Assembly: GCA_009787115.1 (NCBI GenBank)
Contig: WRGQ01000170.1
Coordinates: forward strand, 21,640-85,639
DNA length: 64,000 nt
Origin: Bacteroidota bacterium
Lineage (GTDB): Bacteria > Bacteroidota > Bacteroidia > Bacteroidales > WCHB1-69
Reading direction: 5' to 3'
Each line of letters starts with the position of its first letter. The first letter of the stretch is position 1. Below, piece by piece: positions 44,320 through 53,100 of this stretch. The translations under genes were made by a program, and so were the position numbers. Below the pieces are notes generated by a model. That model made no database searches, had not been told where the DNA came from, and saw only the letters and a program-made list of their open reading frames with translations.

Positions 44320-46797
44320 TTAATAAATCCATTCGAATTTGTCATTTTGGTATTTTAATTCTACTTTTCCACCGGCTTTCACATCGCCGGCAATAATCAT
44401 TTTAGAAAGCGGACGGCGGAGTTCGTTCCGGATAATACCTAAAATAGGACGTGCACCCAACTGCGGTGAAAATTCCGATAACGCTAACTTCTTCTTAGTC
44501 TCATCTGAGATAATCAGTTTAATATTCAATTCGTTTAACGTTTTCATAAGATTTTTCAGGTGAATGTTGAATATCATCAATACGATCTCTTCGGTAATTG
44601 GCGAGAAGGGAATGATTTCGGTAAGACGACCCAAAAATTCCGGCTTGAATTTTCGTTCTATCATAATCTGTTTTAAATCGTTGGAAGAAGGAATTATGCC
44701 TGCTTCAAACGACTTGAAGATATAGTCGCTCCCTACATTGGAAGTAAATACTACTAATGAATTGGAGAAATCGCCGGTACGGTTCAGTTTGTCGTGAATT
44801 CTACCTTCATCCATAATTTGGAGGAAGATGTTGAACACATCAGGGTGTGCTTTTTCAATTTCATCGAACAGGACGATAGAGTATGGTTTCTGACGGATTT
44901 TGTTTACTAACAAACCGCCTTCTTCGTAGCCTACGTAACCTGCGGGGGCGCCTGTCATCGTTGCCACCGAGTGAGATTCCATAAATTCGGACATATCGAA
45001 GCGAATAATAGCGGACTCATCCTGAAATAGAAACTCTGCCAATGCTTTTGTTAATTCTGTTTTCCCTGTACCGGTAGGACCGAGGAAGAATACGGAAGCG
45101 ATGGGTTGTCCTTTTTTGCTCAAGCCGGAACGCGATTCGTAAATAGCGTCCAACACGGTTTTAATGGCGTGGTCTTGTCCAACTACGCGCTCTTTGATAG
45201 TAGCCTCTGCGCTCACTAATTTATCGCGCTCTTTGCTCTGCACCTTCCCGATGGGAATACCGGTTTGTTGGGCTATTACCAACGAAAGGTCGGTGAGTTC
45301 AATGTGTGTGCGTTTGATTTGCACTAATTTGTGTAATTCTTTTAAGACTGCTTCAAGATGCTTGATTTTCTCGTCGTTGTTTTTCAACCCTGCAAAGTCC
45401 ACGCTGTCGTCTAATTGAGAAGTAAGCAGGAAACTCAGGCGGTTGAATATTTCGTGGTTGAGCCATTTCAAATCGAAGGCTGTTTTTTCAACTCCTTTTT
45501 CTTTGGCGGCATCTTTAATTTCCGTCAGTTTTTCTATCATCAAATCAATCTCTTTTTCGGAGATTTCATTGAGTGTATGAATATGCGACAAGGTTTTGTC
45601 AATCAGGTCGAAGGCAGAATCGGGGAGGCTGCGTTCGCCCATATATCTTTTGGAGAGACGAATTGCTTCTTCTACCACTTCGTCCGAAACCTGCAAGTCG
45701 TGGTGATCTTCGTAGCGTACCTTAGCGCCTTTGATAATACGGGAGGTCATTTCAAAACTTGGTTCTTCAATAGTAAGTTTTTCCAGTTTACGGGTAAACT
45801 CCTTATCGGTTTCAATGTTTTTGGTAAATCCTTCAACGGAAGTAGTGGCAACTAAGCGGATAGCGCTTTTGGTCAATTCTTTTTTCAACAGATTTGCGAT
45901 ACCGTACAGCATACTTTGTTTATCAAAAATCTTGTCAATACCTTCAATGAGCAGCACGGCGTTATCAATGTTGGCAATTTCAGTGAGCACTTTTTTCGCG
46001 CGGTCTTCAATTTCACCTTTGTAGTTGGCTTCGGAGGAGAGGGCAGACAGGTCTAACTCGTAAACAGAGCCATCTTTAAGAAAGTCGGGGACTTCACCTT
46101 TGATAATCCGTTGTGTAAGGGCGTCAATGAGGGCGGTTTTTCCAATTCCGGATTCCCCTACAATCAATACATTGGATTTATTTTTCTTGCCCAGAATTTC
46201 AAAAATGGCTTGCATCTCTTTTTCGAAGCCGATAATAATGGGCATATAGCCGTTTTTGGCTTCAATGGTTTTGTCTATAGTGTATTTTGCCAAACTGTTT
46301 CCGGTTCCGGTAGCAGATGTTGAGGAAGCCGCCGAAGATCTTTTATGGTCTTTGGCAGGCGCCGAACTTTCAAAATTTACCAACAATTCATCGGCAGTGA
46401 GCGGTAATGTTTTCAACTGGTCGAAAGGAAATCCCACGCCGGGGGTTATGGTAGCCGCCATCAATACCACGGGGGTAATGGTGTCTAATCCATATTTGCG
46501 TTGAAAACTTTCGGCTTCTTCAACCACAGCAACTAAAGCATTGGAAATAGGAAAATCGAATTTGGGAGAAGGCGACTTGGGCAGCATCTTCACCCGTGCA
46601 TTTGCCCAATCTACAAGATAGTAGTAGTCTTTATTGAGATCTTTCTCAATAAATTCAACCAACCCGATATCTTTATGCAGCAAAGCTTTTAAAAGATGGG
46701 CAGGTTCAATTTCTTCGTTCATAAATTCTTTTGAATACGACTCAGCGATCTTAAGCGCATTTCTTGATTCAACGGAAAATATACTGTTATCAATCAT
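44320..46797 (-). CDS. tssH: T6SS AAA+ ATPase ClpV (TssH)
   Basis: Clp_N-like N-terminus. Two AAA+ modules with Walker A 'GESGIGKTA' and 'GPTGTGKTE', and Walker B 'LLIEGID' / 'VLFDEIEKA'. 825 aa. Confidence 0.9.
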   Translation of the reverse strand: MIDNSIFSVESRNALKIAESYSKEFMNEEIEPAHLLKALLHKDIGLVEFIEKDLNKDYYYLVDWANARVKMLPKSPSPKFDFPISNALVAVVEEAESFQRKYGLDTITPVVLMAATITPGVGFPFDQLKTLPLTADELLVNFESSAPAKDHKRSSAASSTSATGTGNSLAKYTIDKTIEAKNGYMPIIIGFEKEMQAIFEILGKKNKSNVLIVGESGIGKTALIDALTQRIIKGEVPDFLKDGSVYELDLSALSSEANYKGEIEDRAKKVLTEIANIDNAVLLIEGIDKIFDKQSMLYGIANLLKKELTKSAIRLVATTSVEGFTKNIETDKEFTRKLEKLTIEEPSFEMTSRIIKGAKVRYEDHHDLQVSDEVVEEAIRLSKRYMGERSLPDSAFDLIDKTLSHIHTLNEISEKEIDLMIEKLTEIKDAAKEKGVEKTAFDLKWLNHEIFNRLSFLLTSQLDDSVDFAGLKNNDEKIKHLEAVLKELHKLVQIKRTHIELTDLSLVIAQQTGIPIGKVQSKERDKLVSAEATIKERVVGQDHAIKTVLDAIYESRSGLSKKGQPIASVFFLGPTGTGKTELTKALAEFLFQDESAIIRFDMSEFMESHSVATMTGAPAGYVGYEEGGLLVNKIRQKPYSIVLFDEIEKAHPDVFNIFLQIMDEGRIHDKLNRTGDFSNSLVVFTSNVGSDYIFKSFEAGIIPSSNDLKQIMIERKFKPEFLGRLTEIIPFSPITEEIVLMIFNIHLKNLMKTLNELNIKLIISDETKKKLALSEFSPQLGARPILGIIRNELRRPLSKMIIAGDVKAGGKVELKYQNDKFEWIY

Positions 46798-46827
46798 AAA
46801 TTTGTTATTTGGTTTATTATTATAATT

Positions 46828-47097
46828 TTATTGTTTAATTACTTTTATATCGGAGTGTTCGTTCAAATAATACGCCCAACAAGCATATTTTACCTTTATT
46901 GTTTCTTCATTATGCGTGGTTAAAACAAGATCTGCTTCACTTGGCACATGAGTAGAGACGTATAAAACGTAAGGCGGGGTTACTTCGTTTTGAAGATACT
47001 GAAGTACAATGGCATTTGCTTGTTCCTTCGTAATTTGCGCGTGCAAAGAGGCAGCACAACATAAAAAAATAAAAAGGAAAAAGCTAAATTGTTTCAT
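46828..47097 (-). CDS. small secreted protein, first gene of the block (paralogue of the 24961-25668 pseudogene)
   Basis: Signal 'MKQFSFFLFIFLCCAASLHAQ'. 89 aa. It shares the signal cassette and 'ETI.v.Y.C..YY.N' with the 25.6-kb copy. Confidence 0.55.
   Translation of the reverse strand: MKQFSFFLFIFLCCAASLHAQITKEQANAIVLQYLQNEVTPPYVLYVSTHVPSEADLVLTTHNEETIKVKYACWAYYLNEHSDIKVIKQ
47031..47077. repeat. 47-bp signal-peptide cassette, copy 2
   Basis: 45/47 identity with 25608-25654. Confidence 0.85.
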
Positions 47098-47130
47098 TGT
47101 TTTTTTATTTATTTAGTTATTTTTTTGCTT

Positions 47131-47150
47131 TATAGGCAAAATTGCCTATA
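47131..47150. promoter_or_regulatory. Operator-like palindrome upstream of the T6SS block
   Basis: 'tataggca aaat tgcctata' has 8-bp arms and a 4-nt spacer. It lies 34-53 nt upstream of the ATG at 47097, in a 377-bp AT-rich divergent intergenic region. Confidence 0.35.
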
Positions 47151-47266
47151 TGTTTTTTTAAGGGTTTAAGTTAACTTGGTCATACAATCTTATATTATTT
47201 TAAAAAGTCAGACAAAATAGTGCAGTTTTTTAGTGTGTGAATACCTCCCCAACAGCTTTTTTAAGC

Positions 47267-47286
47267 AAATAGCGAAAGCGCTATTT
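47267..47286. promoter_or_regulatory. Second 8-bp/4-nt-spacer inverted repeat in the divergent intergenic region
   Basis: 'aaatagcg aaag cgctattt' read directly. Confidence 0.3.
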
Positions 47287-47510
47287 TTGAAGTATATAAG
47301 AGAGATTGTAGTAACAAAATTAGTAATAAAACACATTTTATAAAACTTTTTGGGAGGCAAAAATATATTTTAATTTTAATTTTTCAATTTTTGTTATATC
47401 AGGATAAAAAAATGACATATTCGGGTTTTCATCAACGGAAAAAATTATCATTATTAAACTCCATTGTATAATCTATGTCAATGCAACAGTTTTTTTTTAG
47501 TTATCAGTTT

Positions 47511-50213
47511 ATGAGATATAAAACCCACTCATTTTTTTTCTACTTATTTATAATTTTCAATTTTCAATTTTCAATCTTAAATTCTTTTGCTCAACCCGGC
47601 GGTGGTCGTCCGGCGGGCGGTGGGCAAGGCGGACAAATGCCGGATCTCGGTTCGCTGGGCGCTGTGGTGGGTATGATTGTAGATGAGAACAAAGCCCCCG
47701 TGCAGTATGCTACGGTTTATGTGATGAACGCTCCAGATTCTACTACTGTTACCGGCGGAATTACCGATGAAAACGGCAGAATTGTCATTATAGATATTCC
47801 CTGGGGAACCTATTTTGTTCAGGTCAATGCTATGGGATACAGCAAACATTTCAGTCCCGAATTTACTTTAACGCAAAGCAGCCCGCGCTATGTGATGCGG
47901 CAGTTTGCCATTACCCAACGACCCCAACAACTGAAATCCATAGAGGTTACTACTCAAAAAGAGATGTTGCAGCAAAATTTGGACAAAAAAGTTTACAATG
48001 TGGAAAACAGTATTATTACCGAAGGCGCTACTGCCGTGCAGGCATTAGCCGAAATCCCCTCTGTAGATGTGGATATTGAAGGCAATGTTTCACTGAGAGG
48101 CTCAGGAAATGTTACTATTTTAATAGACGGAAGACCCACCAACCTCACGTTAGACCAAATTCCGGCATCCGAAATTGAGAGTATTGAAGTCATTACCAAC
48201 CCTTCCGCACGATTAGACCCTGACGGTATGGGGGGGATCATCAATGTGATTCTTAAAAAGAAAAAACAACCCGGCTTTAATGCCTATTTCAGCGGAGGTT
48301 TGGCAACTTCGGTATTTATGAAAAAACTTTACTTAGATGGCGGAAATTTTTCGGCAAACCTGAATTATACTTATAATAAGATAACAATGTTTTTGAACTA
48401 TAGTTTCCGAAGCGGACAGTGGCGCAACGCCGGCGAAATGGAACGTACCTCGTGGTTTCAAAGAAATGAAGAAACTCCTGCGGATTCTACTTATCTCAAA
48501 CAAAATAATTTCAGCAATGCGCAGTTTTTCGGAAATAACGTACGCGCCGGCTTAGATTATTTTATTAACAAACAAAACACACTGTCATTCTCTTTCGGAT
48601 ACAACAAACACGACAACAAGGATACTACCCGTTTAACTGCCGATAATCTACGCTGGATGTTGAATGATAATCAAATATTGACCAAACAGTCATTTAACAC
48701 TTACGGACAGGACGGTGCCGGAACCCGATACGGCAACAACTTTTCAGGAAATATCAGTTATAAGAAGGTTTTTAACAAGCAGGGCAGAGAATTAACCTCA
48801 GACCTGTACTATACCGAAATCATCGGAAATCAAAAAAGTCAATATTTGCAGCATTTTACACTGCCCGATACGTTGCCCGATTATTTCCAGAAAACATACA
48901 CCGATATGCGCAACAGATCTGCTACCGCGCAGGTTGATTTTATTACCCCCATAGGAAACGGCGGACGCATTGAAACCGGTTATAAGTTTTCGTACCGGTC
49001 TATTGGTCAGAAATATCGTTTGTTTTACGGAAATACATATTTAGATGCTCACGAGGATCAACAGCAAAGAAACGACTTTCTGTATCAGGAGTTAATTAAC
49101 GCCGCCTATTTTATCTATTCCAATTCGTTTTGGAAAGTCTTAAAAGTACAGTTAGGATTACGTACGGAGTTTGCTCATACGTGGTCGGAACTGTTTCCCG
49201 CGAACGCAGAATCTAAATCTTACATCAAAAATTATTTAAAACTCAAAAATATTCTTTATCCCACCATTCATATACGATATGATATCAATGATTATCACGC
49301 TTTGCAGGTAAGTTTTTCGCGAAGGGTAACACGTCCGAGATTTTTTAGTTTAAATCCGTTTGTAGATGTTTCCGACAAACAGAACCTGCGTATGGGAAAT
49401 CCCAATTTGGGTCCCGAATTTGCCAACAATGTAGAGTTAGGATATTCAATGAATATTAAGAGTTCATCTTTTAGCGCTACCGTTTTCTATCGCCAGCGTA
49501 CCGATTTAATTACGCGCTATACCGAAATGCGTCAGGCATATATTAAAGACGGATTGATTTACTATACGCTTATTGATGATGAGGTTTATACTTTGCCTAT
49601 TGATGAAAACTATCTGGGATTGGATACCTTTACTTATACACTAACCTCTTCACAGAATTTGAACAAAAGTCAAAGTATTGGATTGGAGTTAGTTTATGGA
49701 CAAAAATTATGGGGTTTCTGGCGTATTAATTTCAGTGGCGACTGTTATTATGTAAAGATTAACAGCAATGATTTGATTGACCCTAACCTGTCTGACGATT
49801 GGGCGTATGGGTTTCGATTAAATCAAACGTTTAACTTGCCGAAGAGTTGGGATTTGCAATTAAATTTCCGTTTTCGTTCGCGCTCTATTACCACAGGCAG
49901 TATGGGCTGGGGCGGTGGCGGCGTTGGGCAGGGAAGACGCAATGCGCAGTATTCGCTCAACCTCGGTGTCAAAAAATCGTTCCTGAAAAACGCTATGTCG
50001 GTAAGTTTAAATATTCGTGACTTAATCTATAATCCCAAGACCATCGTTACCTCTTACGATTATACAAAGCCCACAAGCGGTTACTATTCTACGAGCACCC
50101 GCTGGCGCAGTGTTCTTCAGGCGAACCTGACACTGACCTACAAGATGAATAACTACAAACAGCGCAGAGAGCAAACGCGCGACGTGGACACCGGCGAGGC
50201 ACCAACCGATTAA
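47511..50213 (+). CDS. TonB-dependent receptor / outer-membrane beta-barrel protein with CarboxypepD_reg N-domain
   Basis: CarboxypepD_reg-like 'VVGMIVDENKAPVQYATVYVMN...GRIVIIDIPWGTYFVQVNAMGY'. Plug 'IEGNVSLRGSGNVTILIDGRP'. Long beta-barrel region. I prefer the start at 'MRYKTH' (47511). Confidence 0.8.
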   Translation: MRYKTHSFFFYLFIIFNFQFSILNSFAQPGGGRPAGGGQGGQMPDLGSLGAVVGMIVDENKAPVQYATVYVMNAPDSTTVTGGITDENGRIVIIDIPWGTYFVQVNAMGYSKHFSPEFTLTQSSPRYVMRQFAITQRPQQLKSIEVTTQKEMLQQNLDKKVYNVENSIITEGATAVQALAEIPSVDVDIEGNVSLRGSGNVTILIDGRPTNLTLDQIPASEIESIEVITNPSARLDPDGMGGIINVILKKKKQPGFNAYFSGGLATSVFMKKLYLDGGNFSANLNYTYNKITMFLNYSFRSGQWRNAGEMERTSWFQRNEETPADSTYLKQNNFSNAQFFGNNVRAGLDYFINKQNTLSFSFGYNKHDNKDTTRLTADNLRWMLNDNQILTKQSFNTYGQDGAGTRYGNNFSGNISYKKVFNKQGRELTSDLYYTEIIGNQKSQYLQHFTLPDTLPDYFQKTYTDMRNRSATAQVDFITPIGNGGRIETGYKFSYRSIGQKYRLFYGNTYLDAHEDQQQRNDFLYQELINAAYFIYSNSFWKVLKVQLGLRTEFAHTWSELFPANAESKSYIKNYLKLKNILYPTIHIRYDINDYHALQVSFSRRVTRPRFFSLNPFVDVSDKQNLRMGNPNLGPEFANNVELGYSMNIKSSSFSATVFYRQRTDLITRYTEMRQAYIKDGLIYYTLIDDEVYTLPIDENYLGLDTFTYTLTSSQNLNKSQSIGLELVYGQKLWGFWRINFSGDCYYVKINSNDLIDPNLSDDWAYGFRLNQTFNLPKSWDLQLNFRFRSRSITTGSMGWGGGGVGQGRRNAQYSLNLGVKKSFLKNAMSVSLNIRDLIYNPKTIVTSYDYTKPTSGYYSTSTRWRSVLQANLTLTYKMNNYKQRREQTRDVDTGEAPTD

Positions 50214-50884
50214 GAGTTGATTAATCCAAACGGTGTCTCCACCTCAATAATTTTTTTTGCAATGGGATGTTCAAAAATTACTTTTTGGGCTTGCAATGAA
50301 ATAGAGCCGTCGGGGTTGGAGCGTTTGGCGCCATATTTTAAATCTCCCTTGATACAAGCGCCATTGGCTGACAATTGCGCACGAATTTGATGATGTCTTC
50401 CGGTAAACAGTTCTACTTCCAACAGATGATAGTTTCTGGTAGAGGTCAGATATTTATAATGTAATGAAGCATTTAAATAACCCTCTTTGGGTTCGTTAGA
50501 GATTACGCTTCGATTTAATTTTTCATTTTTTCTAATAAACTGTTCCAGTGTTTGTTCCTCAATTTGAGGTTTTTGTTCTACTAAAGCGTGATAAAACTTT
50601 CTGATTTTCCGGTGCTTGAAAACTTCGTTCATACGAAGAAGACCTTTTGAGGTTTTGGCGTAAATCACTATGCCACTCACCGGTCGGTCAATGCGGTGAA
50701 CGATTCCCACAAAGACGTTGCCGGGTTTTTGGTATTTCTCTTTCAAAAATGTTCTGATTTTTTCCGACAGCGGTTCGTCACCGGTTTTGTCGGCTTGCAC
50801 AATCTCGCCTGCAAGTTTGTGTACAATAATTAAATGATTGTCTTCGTATAAAATACGTTCAGATAAAGGGACAATATCTTTCAT
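50210..50884 (-). CDS. RluA-family pseudouridine synthase
   Basis: 'HRIDRPVSGIV' catalytic motif. 'GRHHQIRAQL'. 224 aa. Confidence 0.85.
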   Translation of the reverse strand: MKDIVPLSERILYEDNHLIIVHKLAGEIVQADKTGDEPLSEKIRTFLKEKYQKPGNVFVGIVHRIDRPVSGIVIYAKTSKGLLRMNEVFKHRKIRKFYHALVEQKPQIEEQTLEQFIRKNEKLNRSVISNEPKEGYLNASLHYKYLTSTRNYHLLEVELFTGRHHQIRAQLSANGACIKGDLKYGAKRSNPDGSISLQAQKVIFEHPIAKKIIEVETPFGLINS

Positions 50885-50944
50885 TATTTCTACATTATTT
50901 TTATGTGCGGCGAAAATAGGATTTTATTAAGACCGCAAGACCGT

Positions 50945-51262
50945 TCACCGCTTCACCACTTTCCTCATCACCACTCCTTGTTCCGTTGCTATCCTGACAA
51001 AGTAAACCCCCGTTTGCAAATGCGAAATGTTGATTAGATGATTAGATAATACATTTTTCCCGTAAACATCAAACACCTCAACATTGTTCATTATTAATTG
51101 TTCATTGTTCATTAATATTCGCAGTTCTCCGCTCGTGGGGTTCGGATAAATCTTGACCTCTGCCAAATCGTTTTCCAAAATGCCAACCGGAACGACTTCA
51201 AGAGTGGCTATTACTTCGTGCCACGAATGTATAGCATCATTATTACAGCATAATTGTAATAA
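50945..51262 (-). pseudogene. orphan T9SS C-terminal sorting domain (gene remnant)
   Basis: 'VKIYPNPTSGELRI...LQTGVYFVRIATEQGVVMRKVVKR' is a Por/T9SS CTD. The frame is open only back to a TGA at 51263-51265 and has no ATG. The upstream neighbour (the ABC ATPase) ends at 51353, so no room remains for a cargo domain. Confidence 0.6.
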
Positions 51263-51352
51263 TCAAAGTTTTGAGCGGTAAGTGTAAGGGTATAGGGCAT
51301 AAAATTTGTTCCTTGTTTTTGAACGGTAAAATTAAAGTTATTTTTTTATTGA

Positions 51353-53095
51353 TTACATTTTTATTCTGTAGGAGTTTTTGGGGATACTTACAATCGGTAT
51401 TGCCTCTATTAACTTTCGGGTGTACGCCGTTTGCGGGTTATTGTAAATCTCCTCCGCATCGTTGAGTTCCACAATCTTGCCCCGTTGCATCACGGCAATT
51501 CTATCCGACATATATTTTACTACCGATAAATCGTGAGAGATAAATAGATACGTAAGTTGAAACTCCTGCTTTAAGTCGTTGAGCAGATTGAGTACCTGCG
51601 CTTGCACGGAGACGTCTAAGGCAGAAACCGACTCGTCGCAGATAATGAATTTCGGATTTACCGTGAGCGCTCGCGCAATGGCAATGCGCTGACGCTGTCC
51701 ACCGGAAAACTCGTGCGGATAGCGATGCAGGTGCGCCTCACACAGTCCTACACGCTCCAGCAGTTCTATCGCTCTCCGCTTCCGTTCTTTATCGTTATTT
51801 AAAATGTGATGTACTTTCATCGGCTCTAACAACATTTGACCAATAGTTAAACGTTGATTTAAAGAAGAGTAGGGGTCTTGCAAAATGATTTGTATCTCTT
51901 TTCTCAACCGACGCATAGCAGCATCAGAGAACTCCATCAAATTGTTTTCTCTGTAAAAAACAGTTCCGGAATCGGGCTCCACCAATCGCAGCAAAGTTCT
52001 GCCCAGCGTAGTTTTTCCACATCCCGATTCGCCCACAAGCCCTAAGGTTTCCCCTTCGTAAATGGTAAGGTCAATATTTTCTAACGCTTGAAAATAAGAT
52101 TGCTTTTCAAACAGTTTTTTTTTGCGAACAGGATAATATTTGTTAAGGTTTTGGATTTTGAAAAGAGGAGGGGCTTTTGAGACTGTAAGACTGTAAGATT
52201 GCTTTTTGCTTTTTGCTTTCTGCTTTCTGCTTTCTGCCCTCTGCATTGTTTCTTCCACAGTAACTAATCTTTCCGGTTTTTCGTCCAATTTTGGTCGGCA
52301 GGCTAACAAGCCTTTGGTATAAGGGTGTTGCGGATTTTTGAAAATGGTTTGCACATCACCCTGTTCAACGATAGCGCCTTTGTACATTACCAGCACACGG
52401 TGGGCAATTTGAGCCACCACCCCCAAATCGTGTGAAATGAAGATAATGCTCATCCCATATTTCTCTTGCAGTTGTTTTAAGAGTTCAAGAATATTTTTTT
52501 GCACGGTAACATCTAACGCAGTGGTGGGTTCGTCTGCTATTAAAATATCAGGATTACAACACATTGCCATAGCAATCATAATGCGCTGCTTTTGTCCGCC
52601 TGAAAGTTCGTGGGGATACGAATGCCATACTTTCGTCGGATTTGGAAGTTGCACATCGCCAAGTAACTCAATAGTTTTTTGCTTCGCTTCTTTTTTAGAC
52701 AAATGAGTGTGCAGCAACAACGCTTCCTCAATTTGCTGCCCGCACTTGATCACAGGATTTAACGAAGTCATCGGCTCCTGAAAAATCATCGCAATTCTGT
52801 TTCCGCGTATTTGCCGAATCTCTTTTTCAGATTTTTTTGTTAATTCATTGACGGAATTGTTATAATCCAAAAAAATTTCTCCATCAACAATTTTAGCGCT
52901 TTTGTCGGATAACAACCGCATTATAGAGAGCGCCGTTACCGATTTGCCGGAGCCAGACTCGCCCACTACGCCAATGGTTTCCCCCTTTTTTAATGTGAAT
53001 GATAAAGAAGATAAAACCGGATTCCAATTTTCATCTTGTTTAAGTTCTAATGAAAAATTTTTTACTTCAAGAAGAGGTGCTGCTTCATTTTCCAT
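51353..53095 (-). CDS. ABC transporter ATP-binding protein with duplicated ATPase domains (oligopeptide/YejF-GsiA type)
   Basis: Walker A 'GESGSGKS' and 'GESGCGKT'. Signatures 'LSGGQKQR' and 'FSGGQRQR'. Walker B 'ILIADEPT' and 'FIICDESV'. 580 aa. Confidence 0.9.
   Translation of the reverse strand: MENEAAPLLEVKNFSLELKQDENWNPVLSSLSFTLKKGETIGVVGESGSGKSVTALSIMRLLSDKSAKIVDGEIFLDYNNSVNELTKKSEKEIRQIRGNRIAMIFQEPMTSLNPVIKCGQQIEEALLLHTHLSKKEAKQKTIELLGDVQLPNPTKVWHSYPHELSGGQKQRIMIAMAMCCNPDILIADEPTTALDVTVQKNILELLKQLQEKYGMSIIFISHDLGVVAQIAHRVLVMYKGAIVEQGDVQTIFKNPQHPYTKGLLACRPKLDEKPERLVTVEETMQRAESRKQKAKSKKQSYSLTVSKAPPLFKIQNLNKYYPVRKKKLFEKQSYFQALENIDLTIYEGETLGLVGESGCGKTTLGRTLLRLVEPDSGTVFYRENNLMEFSDAAMRRLRKEIQIILQDPYSSLNQRLTIGQMLLEPMKVHHILNNDKERKRRAIELLERVGLCEAHLHRYPHEFSGGQRQRIAIARALTVNPKFIICDESVSALDVSVQAQVLNLLNDLKQEFQLTYLFISHDLSVVKYMSDRIAVMQRGKIVELNDAEEIYNNPQTAYTRKLIEAIPIVSIPKNSYRIKM
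52201..52242. repeat. Six tandem heptamers (ctttttg x2, ctttctg x3, ccctctg) inside the ABC ATPase inter-domain linker
   Basis: Read directly. They are preceded by (actgtaag)x2 at 52181-52196 and encode 'RAESRKQKAKSKKQSYSLTVS'. Confidence 0.85.
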
Positions 53096-53100
53096 AAAAC

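Noticed and set aside
43778-44332. Longer TssB start (MDLLNIIKK...) overlapping the clpV 3' end, and the longer start of 24503-25033 (MDWKNIGSQTSCKCCC...)
   Set aside because: The internal Met starts (44275 and 24955) remove the overlaps. In the second case the internal start also exposes a canonical signal peptide. The upstream extensions have no features.
16426-47097. T6SS block as part of an integrative conjugative element or genomic island
   Set aside because: I found no integrase, transposase, tra/mob genes, flanking tRNA or direct repeats at the borders. Both flanks are ordinary housekeeping genes (nth; TonB receptor and rluA-family).
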